Positions 20,559 through 31,198 of a stretch of 64,000 nt of DNA are shown piece by piece (the first letter of the stretch is position 1; the number at the start of each line of letters is the position of its first letter). The translations under genes and the position numbers were made by a program. The notes under the pieces were generated by a model. It did not search any database, was not told the DNA's origin, and saw only the letters and a program-made list of their open reading frames with translations. The stretch is from an uncultured delta proteobacterium (lineage in GTDB: Bacteria > Myxococcota > Myxococcia > Myxococcales > Myxococcaceae), in NCBI GenBank assembly GCA_963771175.1, contig CAVYSY010000032.1:256001-320000 (forward strand), written 5' to 3'.

Positions 20559-22076
20559 CTACGCCGCGCGACGGGTCTGCTCCTCGGTGGCCTTGACGGG
20601 CGCGGGAGCGGACTCGCTGAACTTCAGGCGACCCTCGAGGAGGCTGGACACGCCGACGTACAGGAAGCCCATCAGGAAGAGCAGGATGAAGGGCACCGAG
20701 GTGTAGATGCGCTTCTCGATGGCGAACCACAGCGCGCCGGTGAAGTAGGCGGCGAAGGAGAGCTCGATGACGGGCAGCAGGGTCTTGCTGCCGCGGTAGC
20801 TCTTCTTGATGGCGGCGACCTTCTTGCCCTCGGCGCCGGTCTTCGGGGTGCGGGTGAAGGCGGACTGCTGACCCAGGAGCGCCTCGAGCACGGCCTTGGC
20901 GTTGCTGATGGCCATACCGATGCCCAGGCTCATGATGAAGGGCAGGTACTTGAAGCGGGCCCAGCCCTTGGCGCCCTGCTCGCGCTGAGCGGCCACGTAG
21001 AAGACGCCGACGCTGGCGGTGGCGGAGATGAAGAAGGGCAGGTCCAGGAAGAGCGTGCCGTAGAGGCCGTGCTGGAAGCGCACCACCATGGACAGCGGCA
21101 TGAGCACGCTGAGCAGCACCATCAACAGGTAGGCCATGTTGTTGGTGAGGTGGAAGAAGGCCTCGCGCTTCACGATGAAGGGCAGGTCGCTCTTGAGAAT
21201 CATCGGCAGCAGCTTGCGCGCCGTCTGGATGGAGCCCTTGGCCCAGCGGTGCTGCTGGCTCTTGAAGGCGTTCATGTCCACCGGCACCTCGGCCGGGGAG
21301 ATGACCTCGGGCAGGAAGATGAACTGCCAGCCCTTCAGCTGGGCGCGGTAGCTCAGGTCCAGGTCCTCGGTGAGCGTGTCGTGCTGCCAGCCGCCCGCGT
21401 CCGCGATGGTGACGCGGCGCCAGATGCCGGCCGTGCCGTTGAAGTTGAAGAAGCAGCCCGAGCGGTTGCGCGCGGTGTGCTCGATGATGAAGTGGCCGTC
21501 GAGGAAGATGCTCTGGGCCTGGGTGAGGATGGAGAACTCGCGGTTGAGGTGGCCCCAGCGCACCTGCACCATGCCCACCTTGGAGTCGGCGAAGAAGGGC
21601 ACCGTGCGCAGCAGGAAGTCCGGGCTGGGCACGAAGTCCGCGTCGAACACCGCCACGAACTCGCCGCTGGCCGTCTTCAGGCCGTTCTCCAGCGCGCCCG
21701 CCTTGAAGCCCTGGCGGTTCTCGCGGTGGATGTAGACGATGTCGTGGCCCTTCTGCTTGTGACGCTCCACGCACGCGCGGGCGATGCCGCACGTCTCGTC
21801 CGTGGAGTCATCCAGCACCTGGATCTCCAGCAGCTCGCGCGGGTAGTCGATGCGGCACACCGACTCCACCAGGCGCTCGACCACGTACATCTCGTTGAAG
21901 ATGGGGAGCTGGATGGTGACCCGCGGCAGCGCCGGCAGCGTCCCCTTGGGCGTGGGCAGCTTGAACTTGTGGCGATAGTACAGATACGCCATGCGGTACC
22001 GGTGCGATCCGTAGACCGCCAGCACGCAAAGGACGCTGAAGTACACGCCCAAGAAGATGATCTCGACGGTGGTCAT
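20559..22076 (-). CDS. GT2 cellulose-synthase-like glycosyltransferase
   Basis: DDSTD, KAGAL, FDADF, TED, QQHRW motifs plus TM helices. Confidence 0.92.
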   Translation of the reverse strand: MTTVEIIFLGVYFSVLCVLAVYGSHRYRMAYLYYRHKFKLPTPKGTLPALPRVTIQLPIFNEMYVVERLVESVCRIDYPRELLEIQVLDDSTDETCGIARACVERHKQKGHDIVYIHRENRQGFKAGALENGLKTASGEFVAVFDADFVPSPDFLLRTVPFFADSKVGMVQVRWGHLNREFSILTQAQSIFLDGHFIIEHTARNRSGCFFNFNGTAGIWRRVTIADAGGWQHDTLTEDLDLSYRAQLKGWQFIFLPEVISPAEVPVDMNAFKSQQHRWAKGSIQTARKLLPMILKSDLPFIVKREAFFHLTNNMAYLLMVLLSVLMPLSMVVRFQHGLYGTLFLDLPFFISATASVGVFYVAAQREQGAKGWARFKYLPFIMSLGIGMAISNAKAVLEALLGQQSAFTRTPKTGAEGKKVAAIKKSYRGSKTLLPVIELSFAAYFTGALWFAIEKRIYTSVPFILLFLMGFLYVGVSSLLEGRLKFSESAPAPVKATEEQTRRAA

Positions 22077-22358
22077 CTGACCTGGCCCCTCCCGCGGGTG
22101 AAGTCGCCGCGGTCCTTACCCTGCTCGGCGGAGATGTAAAGACCCGACCCACGCCGACCGCCGCACCCGGTTCAGCGGAGCCCCCCGCCTCGTATCTACC
22201 CGAAATGACAAGGGTTTGTCTTTTCCGGGGCGTAACGAGCGCCGGACAATAGGGATGCGTCCGGTGGCTGTCAAATAGTTACCCGAGCTGTCACGGGGCG
22301 AAAGGGGCCATCTCACGCCTCGCGCACCCTCGCGGACCACCTCCGACGTCGCCCCGCC

Positions 22359-23333
22359 TCAGCTCGCCGCGCGGTGCGGTCCCGAGGGAGCCACGGCGGC
22401 CAGGGGCGCCTCGGTGACCTCCACCTCGTCACGGGTGGCGAGCGAGAGGATGTGCTCCACCAGCGCCGGGAAGTCGAGTCCCTTTTGAGCCGCAATCTTC
22501 GGCAGGAGGCTGACGGGAGTCATGCCCGGGAGGGTGTTCACCTCGAGGATGACGTCGTTGTCGTCCTCGGAGCAGATGAGGTCCACCCGGCCGTAGCCGC
22601 GGCAGCCCAGGGCGCGGTAGGCGGCGAGCGCCAGGGACTCCACGTTGGCCAGGCGCGTGGGGGACAGGCGCGCGGGGAGGAAGTAGCGAGAGCCGCCCTT
22701 GTACTTGGCGTCGTAGTCGAGGCTCTCGCGCGGGGAGACGATCTCGCAGTTGCCGAGCACCTCCTCGCCGAGGATACCCACCGTCACCTCGCGGCCGCGC
22801 ACCATGCGCTCCACGAGGGCCTCGCCGCCGAAGCGGCAGGCCAGGGCCACGGCCGGGACGAGCGCCTCGGGCTCGCGCACCAGGGAGAGGCCCACCGACG
22901 AGCCACCGCACGCGGGCTTCACCACGCAGGGGAAGCCCAGGTCGCCATGGAGCTCCAGCGCGCGGTGAGCGTCCGTGCGGCCCACGCGGTAGCCCTGGGG
23001 CGTGGGGAGGTTGTGCAGGCGGAAGAGCTTCTTGGCCATGGGCTTGTTCATGGCGAGCGCGGAGGCCAGCACGCCCGAGCCCGTGTAGGGCAGCCCCATC
23101 AACTCCAGCAGGCCCTGCACCTTGCCGTCCTCGCCCATGCGACCGTGGAGGGCGAGGAAGGCCACGTCGAGCTCGGCCGAGCGCAGGGCCCGGTCCAACC
23201 CGGGGCCGGCGAAGATGCGGCTCACGGTGTGACCCTGGGACTCCAGGGCCGCCACCACGGCCTCACCGGTCTTCAGCGAAATCTCCCGCTCCTCGCCCCA
23301 ACCGCCCATCAGAACACCCACGCGCTTGCCCAT
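22359..23333 (-). CDS. ddl: D-alanine--D-alanine ligase
   Basis: GGWGEEREISL, LHGRMGEDG, GSSVG, LEVNTLPGMT. Confidence 0.93.
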   Translation of the reverse strand: MGKRVGVLMGGWGEEREISLKTGEAVVAALESQGHTVSRIFAGPGLDRALRSAELDVAFLALHGRMGEDGKVQGLLELMGLPYTGSGVLASALAMNKPMAKKLFRLHNLPTPQGYRVGRTDAHRALELHGDLGFPCVVKPACGGSSVGLSLVREPEALVPAVALACRFGGEALVERMVRGREVTVGILGEEVLGNCEIVSPRESLDYDAKYKGGSRYFLPARLSPTRLANVESLALAAYRALGCRGYGRVDLICSEDDNDVILEVNTLPGMTPVSLLPKIAAQKGLDFPALVEHILSLATRDEVEVTEAPLAAVAPSGPHRAAS

Positions 23334-23497
23334 GACTTTGGATTCCTCCTTGTCAGGGGGCTAGAGCACGAGGGATGCCAACGGTTCGCGCGGTCCGAAG
23401 CCCCGCATTCCGGGCACTTCGAGACGCGGAGCGCACGGACACGTACGGAGCGAGCGTGTCCTGGGGACCACGGCGTGTCCCTCGGGCCACGCTCCCC

Positions 23498-24346
23498 TCA
23501 CCCGAACCATCGGCCCGAGGTGGGAGCGAAGATCCGCAACCGCTCGCGAAGCCGCTCGGGGGCGCGGGCCTGGATGAGGGCGTGCACCTCCTCGGGGTTG
23601 TAGGCCTGGCTGAAGTGCATCAACACCAGGGCCTCGTTCTGGAAGCGGTCCGCCCGCGCGAAGATCTCATCGAGGTGGATGTGCGAGCGCTCCTGCGCGT
23701 CCTGCACCGTGCGCTTCGCGTCGATGAACGTGCACTCGAGAATCAGCACCCGGCTGTCGAGCAGCGTGGGCGCGGACTCCAGCACGTGCGAGAGCGTGTC
23801 GGTGGCATAGGCCAGCTCGAGATGCTCGACCTCGTCGAAGAGGTCCTCGCCCGCCTTGCGCCTGAGAGCAATCTCCTGGGGTGGCAGCCCGTGGTGCTCG
23901 GGCTTGAGCTTCGAGACGCGGCGGAGGAACTGGTAGCAGAGCGAGGGCACCGTGTGGTGCGTGCGGAAGGCGCGCACCCACAGACCGTGCCCGAGGTGAT
24001 GCGCATCGCCCGGGCGCATGGGAATCGTCTCGATCTCCGTCTGGGTCCGGTGCAGCCGACCCTGCACCGTGAGGGCCTCGCGCACGGGCGCTTCGATCTC
24101 CGCGGGCAGGAACACCTGCGGAGGCCCCTTGCCGATGAGCGTGCGGATGCCGAGCAGCGAGCCGAGCGCGCTGGCGTGGTCGGAGTGACCGTGGCTCAGG
24201 AAGATGCGATCCGTCCCGGCGAAGGAGCGGATGGGCACGCCCACGTCGAACACCACGCCGAGCTCCGGCACCTGCAGCGACGTGTACACGCCGCCGACCG
24301 AAATACCTCGAACCGTATAGGGCCCCGCGCTGACCTCGGTGAGCAT
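23498..24346 (-). CDS. Short RNase Z-like MBL-fold hydrolase (TM/plant type)
   Basis: SHGHSDH, KLKPEHHGLP arm, ILECTF, LMHFSQ. Confidence 0.75.
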   Translation of the reverse strand: MLTEVSAGPYTVRGISVGGVYTSLQVPELGVVFDVGVPIRSFAGTDRIFLSHGHSDHASALGSLLGIRTLIGKGPPQVFLPAEIEAPVREALTVQGRLHRTQTEIETIPMRPGDAHHLGHGLWVRAFRTHHTVPSLCYQFLRRVSKLKPEHHGLPPQEIALRRKAGEDLFDEVEHLELAYATDTLSHVLESAPTLLDSRVLILECTFIDAKRTVQDAQERSHIHLDEIFARADRFQNEALVLMHFSQAYNPEEVHALIQARAPERLRERLRIFAPTSGRWFG

Positions 24347-24536
24347 CCCGAGAGGCTAACGGATCGGGACGAGCTGTCACGCCCCTCGCGACGCATCTGA
24401 CAGCTTGTCGCGCGCCTGGCATGGAGCACAGGCTGGAGGACCCACGTCTTCCCTCTGAAGCGGCTTCTGGCGCGGCCGTTGGTCCCGACCTTGCTCTGGG
24501 AACCGGTCATCCACGCCCACGCTCCGGAGGCCACCG

Positions 24537-25421
24537 ATGTCCACCCTGGTCCGTCCCTCGTTCCAAGCGCTCACCCTGTCCTTCATCGCCTGCACGTGCC
24601 TGCTCGCCGCGCGGGCCGTGAACACGGTAGTGGACGCCCGGCTCCAGCCACTGCCCTCCTTCCATGAAGTGGTGTCGAGGAAGGCGCTCGCCCCCAAGGA
24701 GGAACTGCCCACCCCGCTCGCCCTGGCCCCACTCGCTCGGTACCTCGGACTGCCGGACAAGTTGCGCGAGGAGGTCATCCCCTCGGAGCCCACGGATGAG
24801 GCCCAGCCGACCGCGCTGGACCTGAAGCTCTTGGGCACGATGCTATCGGCCCGGCCCGAGGCCTCCATGGCCTCGGTGTACGAGGGCGCCACGCGCCGCA
24901 CGCGCTCGGTGTGGATGGGCGAAGAGCTCCAAGGTGCCCAGGTGGTCGCCATCGAGCGCACGCGGGTGCTGCTGTTGAGCTCGGGGAGGCTGGAGTACAT
25001 CGGCCCCGGGTCGACCACGGCCACCGGCGGCAAGGAGCCGCGAGCCTCCACGCCAGCGGAGTCGACCTCGCCCCCCGGCATCTCCGTCCAGCAGGTGGGC
25101 CCGGGGAGCTATGAGATCTCGCGCCAGGACTTGAACACGGTGCTCGCCAATCCCAACCAGCTCCTCATGATGGCGCGAGTCATCCCCGCCATCCGGAACG
25201 GTGCGGCGCAGGGCTTCAAGCTGTTCTCCATCCGGCCCGGCTCCCTCTACGAGCGGATCGGCCTCCAGAATGGGGACATCATGCAGCGCATCAACGGGCT
25301 CTCGCTCGACAGCGTGGAGCAGGGCCTCTACGCCTTCCAGAAGCTGCGCGAATCCCCGCGCATCGAGCTGGAGGTGGAGCGCAATGGACAGCCCGTGCGC
25401 CTGACGTACTCGATGCGGTAG
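24537..25421 (+). CDS. gspC: Type II secretion GspC-like protein with PDZ domain
   Basis: N-terminal TM, LKLLGT HR domain, GFKLFSIRPGSLYERIGLQNGD PDZ. Confidence 0.8.
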   Translation: MSTLVRPSFQALTLSFIACTCLLAARAVNTVVDARLQPLPSFHEVVSRKALAPKEELPTPLALAPLARYLGLPDKLREEVIPSEPTDEAQPTALDLKLLGTMLSARPEASMASVYEGATRRTRSVWMGEELQGAQVVAIERTRVLLLSSGRLEYIGPGSTTATGGKEPRASTPAESTSPPGISVQQVGPGSYEISRQDLNTVLANPNQLLMMARVIPAIRNGAAQGFKLFSIRPGSLYERIGLQNGDIMQRINGLSLDSVEQGLYAFQKLRESPRIELEVERNGQPVRLTYSMR

Positions 25422-25433
25422 CGCGGCTCCCCG

Positions 25434-26361
25434 TCAGGAGCGCTTCGCCTCGGGCTTGAGTCCGGGCCACACGGAGCGGAGCGTGCCCGCGAGCGCCCGG
25501 AGCGCATCGGCCCGTGGATAGCCCGGGCGCCACACCAGAGCGATGGTCCGACTCGGCGCCGGAGCCGCGAAGGGCCGCACCACGAGCTGGCCCTGCCGGT
25601 TCTCCGTGGGTACCGAGAGCGAGGGAAGCAGCGTGATGGCGCCCTCGCCCGACATCACCATCTGCGCCAGGGTGGTGAGGCTGGTCGCGCGGAAGTCCAC
25701 CTCGCGCGCGCCGATCCGCGTGCACAGGGAGAGCGCCTGTCCCCGGAAGCAGTGGCCATCCTCCAGCAGGAGCACGTTCTCCTCGTCGAGATCCTGGAGC
25801 CGCACCTGCTTCTGCTTCGCCACGGAGTGTCCCGGTGGCGCCGCGACGACGAAGGGATCCTCCGCGATGACGGCGTGCTCCACCTCCCCGAGCTCGGGCA
25901 CGAGCGCCAGCAGCGCCGCATCCAACCGCCCCTCGTCCAGGGCGCGCACGAGCAGCTCCGTCTTCTCCTCACGCAGCCGCAGCCGCAGCCGGGGATACTG
26001 CTTCACCAGGGCGGGCACGACCTCGGGCAGCACGTAGGGCGCGACGGTGGGGATGACCCCGAGCTGCAGGTTTCCCGCGAAGGGATCGGACAGGCGGGAC
26101 GCCGCGGACAGGATGTCACCGGCCTCGGTGAGCACCCGGCGCGCCCGCGCCACCAGCTCCTCGCCGGCCGCGGTCAGCATCACCCGGCGCGTCCCGCTCG
26201 AAGAGCTTCACCCCGAGCACCTCCTCGAGCTGCTGAATCTGTGCACTCAGGGCGGGCTGGGAGACGTGGCAACGCTCGGCCGCCCGGCGGAAGCCAAGCA
26301 CGTCGGCCACGGCGACCACGTACTCGAGCTGTCGGAGGGAGATGTCGTTGAGGGAGGGCAT
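25434..26361 (-). CDS. oxyR: OxyR-type LysR regulator; frameshift near 26190
   Basis: [39 protein letters not shown] with both redox Cys; divergent from catalase. Confidence 0.9.
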
Positions 26362-26378
26362 GGGACCTCTGGAGACCG

Positions 26379-26415
26379 ATAGGAGCAACCTATCAATCCC
26401 ATCGAAACGATGTCT
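26379..26415. promoter_or_regulatory. Putative OxyR binding site
   Basis: ATAG-N7-CTAT-N7-ATCG between oxyR and the catalase gene. Confidence 0.7.
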
Positions 26416-26494
26416 TGGACGAAGCTCAGCGCGGACTCTCTCACTCTTTCGCGACGTCACGAACGCATCCACGTCACTCGCAGGAGAAAACCGC

Positions 26495-27984
26495 GTGTCC
26501 AATCGCCCCCAGCCTGACCACCGAATCCGGCGCACCCGTCGCCGACAACCAGAACTCGCAGACCGCCGGCGCCGCGCGGCCCGGTCCTGCTCCAGGACCA
26601 GCACCTGCTCGAGAAGCTCGCGCGCTTCAACCGCGAGCGGATCCCCGAGCGCGTCGTGCACGCGGTCGGCTCGGGCGCCTACGGCCACTTCGAGGTCACG
26701 AACCCCGACGTCGCCGCGCTGGACGCGGATGCGGATGTTCGAGCGAGGTGGGCAAGCGCACGCCGGTCTTCGTCGCGCTTCTCGACCGTCGCCGGCTCGC
26801 GGGGCGCGCCCGACACCGTGCGCGACCCGCGCGGCTTCGCGCTCAAGTTCTACACCGAGGACGGCAACTGGGATCTCGTCGGGCAACAACACGCCGATCT
26901 TCTTCATCCGCGACGGCATCAAGTTCCCGGACTTCATCCACTCGCAGAAGCACGACCCGTACACCAACGAGCAGGAGCCCGACAACGTCTGGGACTTCTT
27001 CTCGCACTCGCCCGGAGGCGACGCACCAGTTCACCTGGCTCTTCGGCGACCGCGGCATCCCGGCGACGCTGCGCCACATGGACGGCTTCGGCTCGCACAC
27101 CTTCCAGTGGGTGAACGCCGCGGGCGAGCGCTTCTGGGTGAAGTTCCACTTCAAGACCGACCAGGGCATCCGCTGCCTCACGAGCGAGGAGGCCGCGCGC
27201 GATCGGCGGCGAGGACCCGCAGCACCACCAGCACGGATCTGCGTACGACGCGATCGAGCGCGGCGAGTTCCCGTCGTGGACGCTCAAGGTGCAGGTGATG
27301 CCCGAGGCCGATGCGGCGACGCTACCGCTTCAACCCCTTCGACCTCACCAAGGTCTGGCTCTACAAGGACTACCCGCTGATCGAGGTGGGCAAGCTGGTG
27401 CTCGACCGCAACGCCCGACAACTACTTCGCCGAGGTCGAGCAGGCGGCGTTCGATCCGGGCCACTTCGTGCCCGGCATCGGCCCCTCGCCCGACCGGATG
27501 CTCCAGGCGCGCCTCTTCGCGTACGGCGACGCGCACCGCTACCGGCTCGGCGTCAACCACACGCAGCTGCCGGTCAACGCGCCGCAAGGGCGTGCCGGGC
27601 GGCGCGCGCAACTACGGCCGCGACGGCGCGATGCGCTTCGACGCGCAACGGCGGGCGCGCGAAGAACTACGAGCCCAACAGCTTCGACGGCCCGCGTGCA
27701 GACCGGCGAGCCGCTCTACGCCGGGCTCGCCGTCAGCGGCGGCTCGGGCAGCTACGCCGCCGGTGCGGCACGCCGAGGACGACGACTTCGTGCAGGCCGG
27801 CGCGCTCTACCGCGTGATGAGCGAGGACGAGCGCGAGCGGCTGGTCGACAACATCGCCGGCAGCCTCGCGCAGGTGACCCGCGAGGACATCATCACGCGC
27901 AGCATCGCCCACTTCCGCAACGCCGACCCGGAGTACGGCGCGCGCATCGCCACGGCCGTCCACAAGCTGCGCCACTCGCGCTGA
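26495..27984 (+). CDS. katA: Monofunctional heme catalase; many frameshifts
   Basis: [53 protein letters not shown] before GTG. Confidence 0.93.
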
Positions 27985-28021
27985 ACATCCCGCCCCACGC
28001 CCCTCCGCCGAGGACTTCCCC

Positions 28022-28568
28022 ATGAAGGCACGGACCCCTGATTCGCAGACGATGGTGACAGACAACGACGTGGTCGCCCTGGCGCGGACGGCGTTCCAGC
28101 ACGCGAGGGCCGGGGAGACGGCCCGCCTGAAGTGGCTCCTCGACGCGGGGCTGCCCGCCAACCTCGCCAACGAGAAGGGTGACACGCTGCTGATGCTCGC
28201 CAGCTACCTCGGTCAGCGAGGACACCACACGCCTCCTGCTGGAGCACGGAGCCGACCCGGAGCGCCTCAACGACCGGGGCCAGACGCCGCTGGCCGGGGC
28301 CGCCTTCAAGGGGAACGTCACCATCGCCCGGCTCCTGCTCGACCACGGCGCCCGCGTCGACGGCGCGGGGCCGGACGGCAAGACGGCCCTCATGTTCGCG
28401 GCGATGTTCGACCGGCTGGAGCTGCTGGAGCTGCTGCTCACTCGCGGCGCGGCGCCGGAGCAGAAGGATGCCGACGGACGCACGGCACTCGACTACGCCC
28501 GCGCCATGGGGGCCCGACACACCACGGAACGGCTCGCGGAGCTGCGACGGACGCGCGAGCAGCAGTGA
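28022..28568 (+). CDS. Ankyrin-repeat protein (AnkB-like); one frameshift
   Basis: [31 protein letters not shown]; follows the catalase gene. Confidence 0.85.
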
Positions 28569-28635
28569 CCTGACAAAGCATCGCCCCGGTCGCCGCGCTC
28601 TTTGCACAGTGGCCGGACAGTCGCTGGAACCCGGC

Positions 28636-28664
28636 TTGACAAAAAATAGCCTCACGCGCACCTT
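28636..28664 (+). promoter_or_regulatory. Sigma70-type promoter for the leader-thrS transcript
   Basis: TTGACA (28636-41), 17 bp, CACCTT (28659-64). Confidence 0.6.
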
Positions 28665-28671
28665 GCGCTGC

Positions 28672-28755
28672 GTGAGCTTCTTCAGCGCCATCACGACCAC
28701 GACCACCACCGCCACCCAATCGGCGGGAGTGGGACTCGTGCGTGAAGTGAGCTGA
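28672..28755 (+). CDS. Thr-rich leader peptide (27 aa)
   Basis: GTG-started (M)[26 protein letters not shown]; 7 Thr in 8 consecutive codons, just upstream of thrS. Confidence 0.8.
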   Translation: MSFFSAITTTTTTATQSAGVGLVREVS

Positions 28756-28852
28756 CGAACGCACGGTTCCCTGCCCCGCCTTCACCGGCCGGGGCGTCCG
28801 TGCAAGCGCTCAGTGCTCCGACCGGAAGGCTTTTTCCCGACTCGGAGTCCAC
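28737..28852 (+). promoter_or_regulatory. Attenuator-like alternative hairpins, including an SD-sequestering stem
   Basis: CGTGCGT/ACGCACG competes with GCACGG/CCGTGC; CTCCGA (28816) pairs with TCGGAG (28842), which contains the thrS SD. Confidence 0.65.
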
Positions 28853-28853
28853 A

Positions 28854-30061
28854 ATGTTCGACGAACACGATCACCGTTTCCTGGGCCAGCGCCTGGACCT
28901 CTTCCACCTGCAGGAGGAGGCGCCCGGCATGGTCTTCTGGCACCCACGCGGCCTACCTGCTCTACCGGCTCATCGAGGACCGCGTCCGGCAGCAGATGCA
29001 ACGCGATGGCTACCAAGAGGTGCGGACGCCTCAGGTGCTCGCCCAGCCCCTCTGGGAGCGCAGCGGCCACTGGGAGAACTTCCGCGAGAACATGTTCCTG
29101 CTCGCCGACGAGGGCGGGCGGCACCTGGCGGTGAAGCCGGTGAGTTGCCCCGGCCACATCCAGCTCGTCGCAACGCATGGCCCCCAGCTACCGCGACCTG
29201 CCCCTGCAGCTGGGCGAGTTCGGGCTCGTGCACCGCAACGAGCCCAGCGGCTCGCTCCACGGCCTGTTCCGCCTGCGCCAGTTCACGCAGGACGACGGCC
29301 ACGTCTTCTGTGCCGAGGAACAGGTGCGCGAGGAGGTCGCCCGCTTCTGTCGCTCGCTCCACGGCTTCTACGCCGATTTCGGCTTCGAGCACGTGGAGGT
29401 GGCCTTCTCCAGCCGTCCCGCCCAGCGCGCCGGAAGCGACGAGATGTGGGACCTCGCCGAGTCGGCTCTGCTCGAGGCCGCGAGCAAAGCGGGGCTCGCG
29501 TGCGTCATGCAGCCCGGCCAGGGCGCCTTCTACGCGCCCAAGCTGGAGTTCGTGCTGAAGGACCGGCTCGGTCGGAGCTGGCAGTGCGGGACGATTCAAC
29601 TCGACCTGGTGCTGCCGGAGCGCTTCGACATCCACTACGTCGACGCCTCGGGGCAGAAGCGCCGGCCGATGATGCTCCACCGAGCGATCCTCGGGAGCCT
29701 GGAGCGCTTCCTGGGCATCCTGCTCGAGCACCACGGGGGCGCGCTGCCCGCGTGGCTCGCGCCGGAGCAGGTGGTGGTGGCGCCGGTGGGTGAGGCGGCG
29801 GCCAGCTACGCCGAGCGTTTCGCCGCGAAGCTGCGCGAGGTGGGCTGCCGGGTGAGCCTGGATGCCCGGGGCGAGTCGCTCTCTCGGAAGATCGTCGACT
29901 CACACCAGGCCGGCGTGCCGTGGCTCGTGGTGGTGGGCAACCGCGAGGTGGAGAAGCACGCCGTGCGGCTGCGGCGGAGGGACGGGGAGCAGCGCGACCT
30001 GCCGTGGGACGAGGCGGTGGCGGCGCTCGTCGCCGAGTGCCGGCCCGCGGGCTCCGCGTGA
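28854..30061 (+). CDS. thrS: Threonine--tRNA ligase, short form lacking TGS/editing domains; frameshifted
   Basis: [71 protein letters not shown]. Confidence 0.93.
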
Positions 30062-30163
30062 GTAAAGGGGGCGGTGGCCCCACGAGGTCACCGCCCCCGT
30101 CCTGATGGCCCGTGCACTCGGCTCTGGAGCCGCGAGAACCGGGTGTGGTTGGCTGCTCCGCCT

Positions 30164-31114
30164 ATGGCTGAGCGCGTGAGCAAGATCGCAATCGTCGGAG
30201 CGGGAGCAGTGGGGGCCACCATCGCCTATGCCTCCATGATCCGGGGGGTGGCCAAGCAGCTCGCCATCTACGACGTCAACCGGGCCAAGGTGGACGCGGA
30301 AGTGCTGGACCTGAACCACGGGCTGCAGTTCGTGCCCATGGCCACGCTGGAGGGCTCGGATGACATCGGCGTGTGCGCGGGAGCAGACGTGGTGGTCATC
30401 ACCGCGGGGGCCAAGCAGAAGCCGGGGCAGACGCGGATGGAGCTGGCGGGAGCGAACGTGGAGCTGTGCCGCACGCTCGTGCCGCAACTGCTGAAGGTGG
30501 CTCCCAATGCGCTGCTGCTGGTGGTGACCAACCCCGTGGACGTGCTGACGTACGTGGTGCAGAAGTTGAGTGGACTGCCGTCGCGGCGGGTGTTCGGCAG
30601 CGGGACAGTGCTGGACTCCTCGCGCTTCCGCTTCCTGCTGGCGCACCACCTGGACGTGGCGGTGCAGAACGTCCACGCCTTCATCGTGGGCGAGCATGGT
30701 GACTCGGAGCTTCCGCTGTGGAGCTCGGCGACGGTGGGCGGGGTGCCGCTGCTGCAGTGGGAGGTGCCGGGGCGCGCGAAGCTGACGGAGGAGGACCGCA
30801 CCCACATCTTCGATGACGTGCGCAACGCCGCCTACCACATCATCCGAGGCAAGGGCGCCACCAACTACGCCATCGGTCTGGCCACGGCACAGATTCTCGA
30901 GTCGGTGCTGCACGACGAGCAGCGGGTGCTGCCCGTGAGCTCCCGGCTGGAAGGCTACCTGGGCATCAGCGACGTGTGCATGAGCGTGCCGAGCATCGTC
31001 AACCGCACGGGAGTGGAGTCGGTGCTGGAGCTGCCCATGAACGAATCGGAGCGCGCGGGCCTGCGGCGGAGCGCGGACACCATCCGCCAGGCCATCCGCA
31101 CGCTGGGGTTCTGA
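30164..31114 (+). CDS. ldh: L-lactate dehydrogenase
   Basis: GAGAVG, TAGAKQKPGQTRMEL, TNPVD, GEHGDS, GKGATNY. Confidence 0.92.
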   Translation: MAERVSKIAIVGAGAVGATIAYASMIRGVAKQLAIYDVNRAKVDAEVLDLNHGLQFVPMATLEGSDDIGVCAGADVVVITAGAKQKPGQTRMELAGANVELCRTLVPQLLKVAPNALLLVVTNPVDVLTYVVQKLSGLPSRRVFGSGTVLDSSRFRFLLAHHLDVAVQNVHAFIVGEHGDSELPLWSSATVGGVPLLQWEVPGRAKLTEEDRTHIFDDVRNAAYHIIRGKGATNYAIGLATAQILESVLHDEQRVLPVSSRLEGYLGISDVCMSVPSIVNRTGVESVLELPMNESERAGLRRSADTIRQAIRTLGF

Positions 31115-31198
31115 GTCCTGAACAGGCTCCGCGGGCTTGCACCAAGGACCCGGGCGAGAGAAGGTCACCGCGGGCTCCCCTCCAGGAGGAATCTCCTC

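Noticed and set aside
28672..28852. T-box riboswitch upstream of thrS
   Set aside because: No T-box consensus (GGTGG.ACC) is visible; the Thr codon run points to a leader peptide instead.
25434..30061. Programmed frameshifting or pseudogenisation of oxyR, katA and thrS
   Set aside because: Indels are numerous, lack evident slippery sites and match the error pattern seen in other conserved genes.
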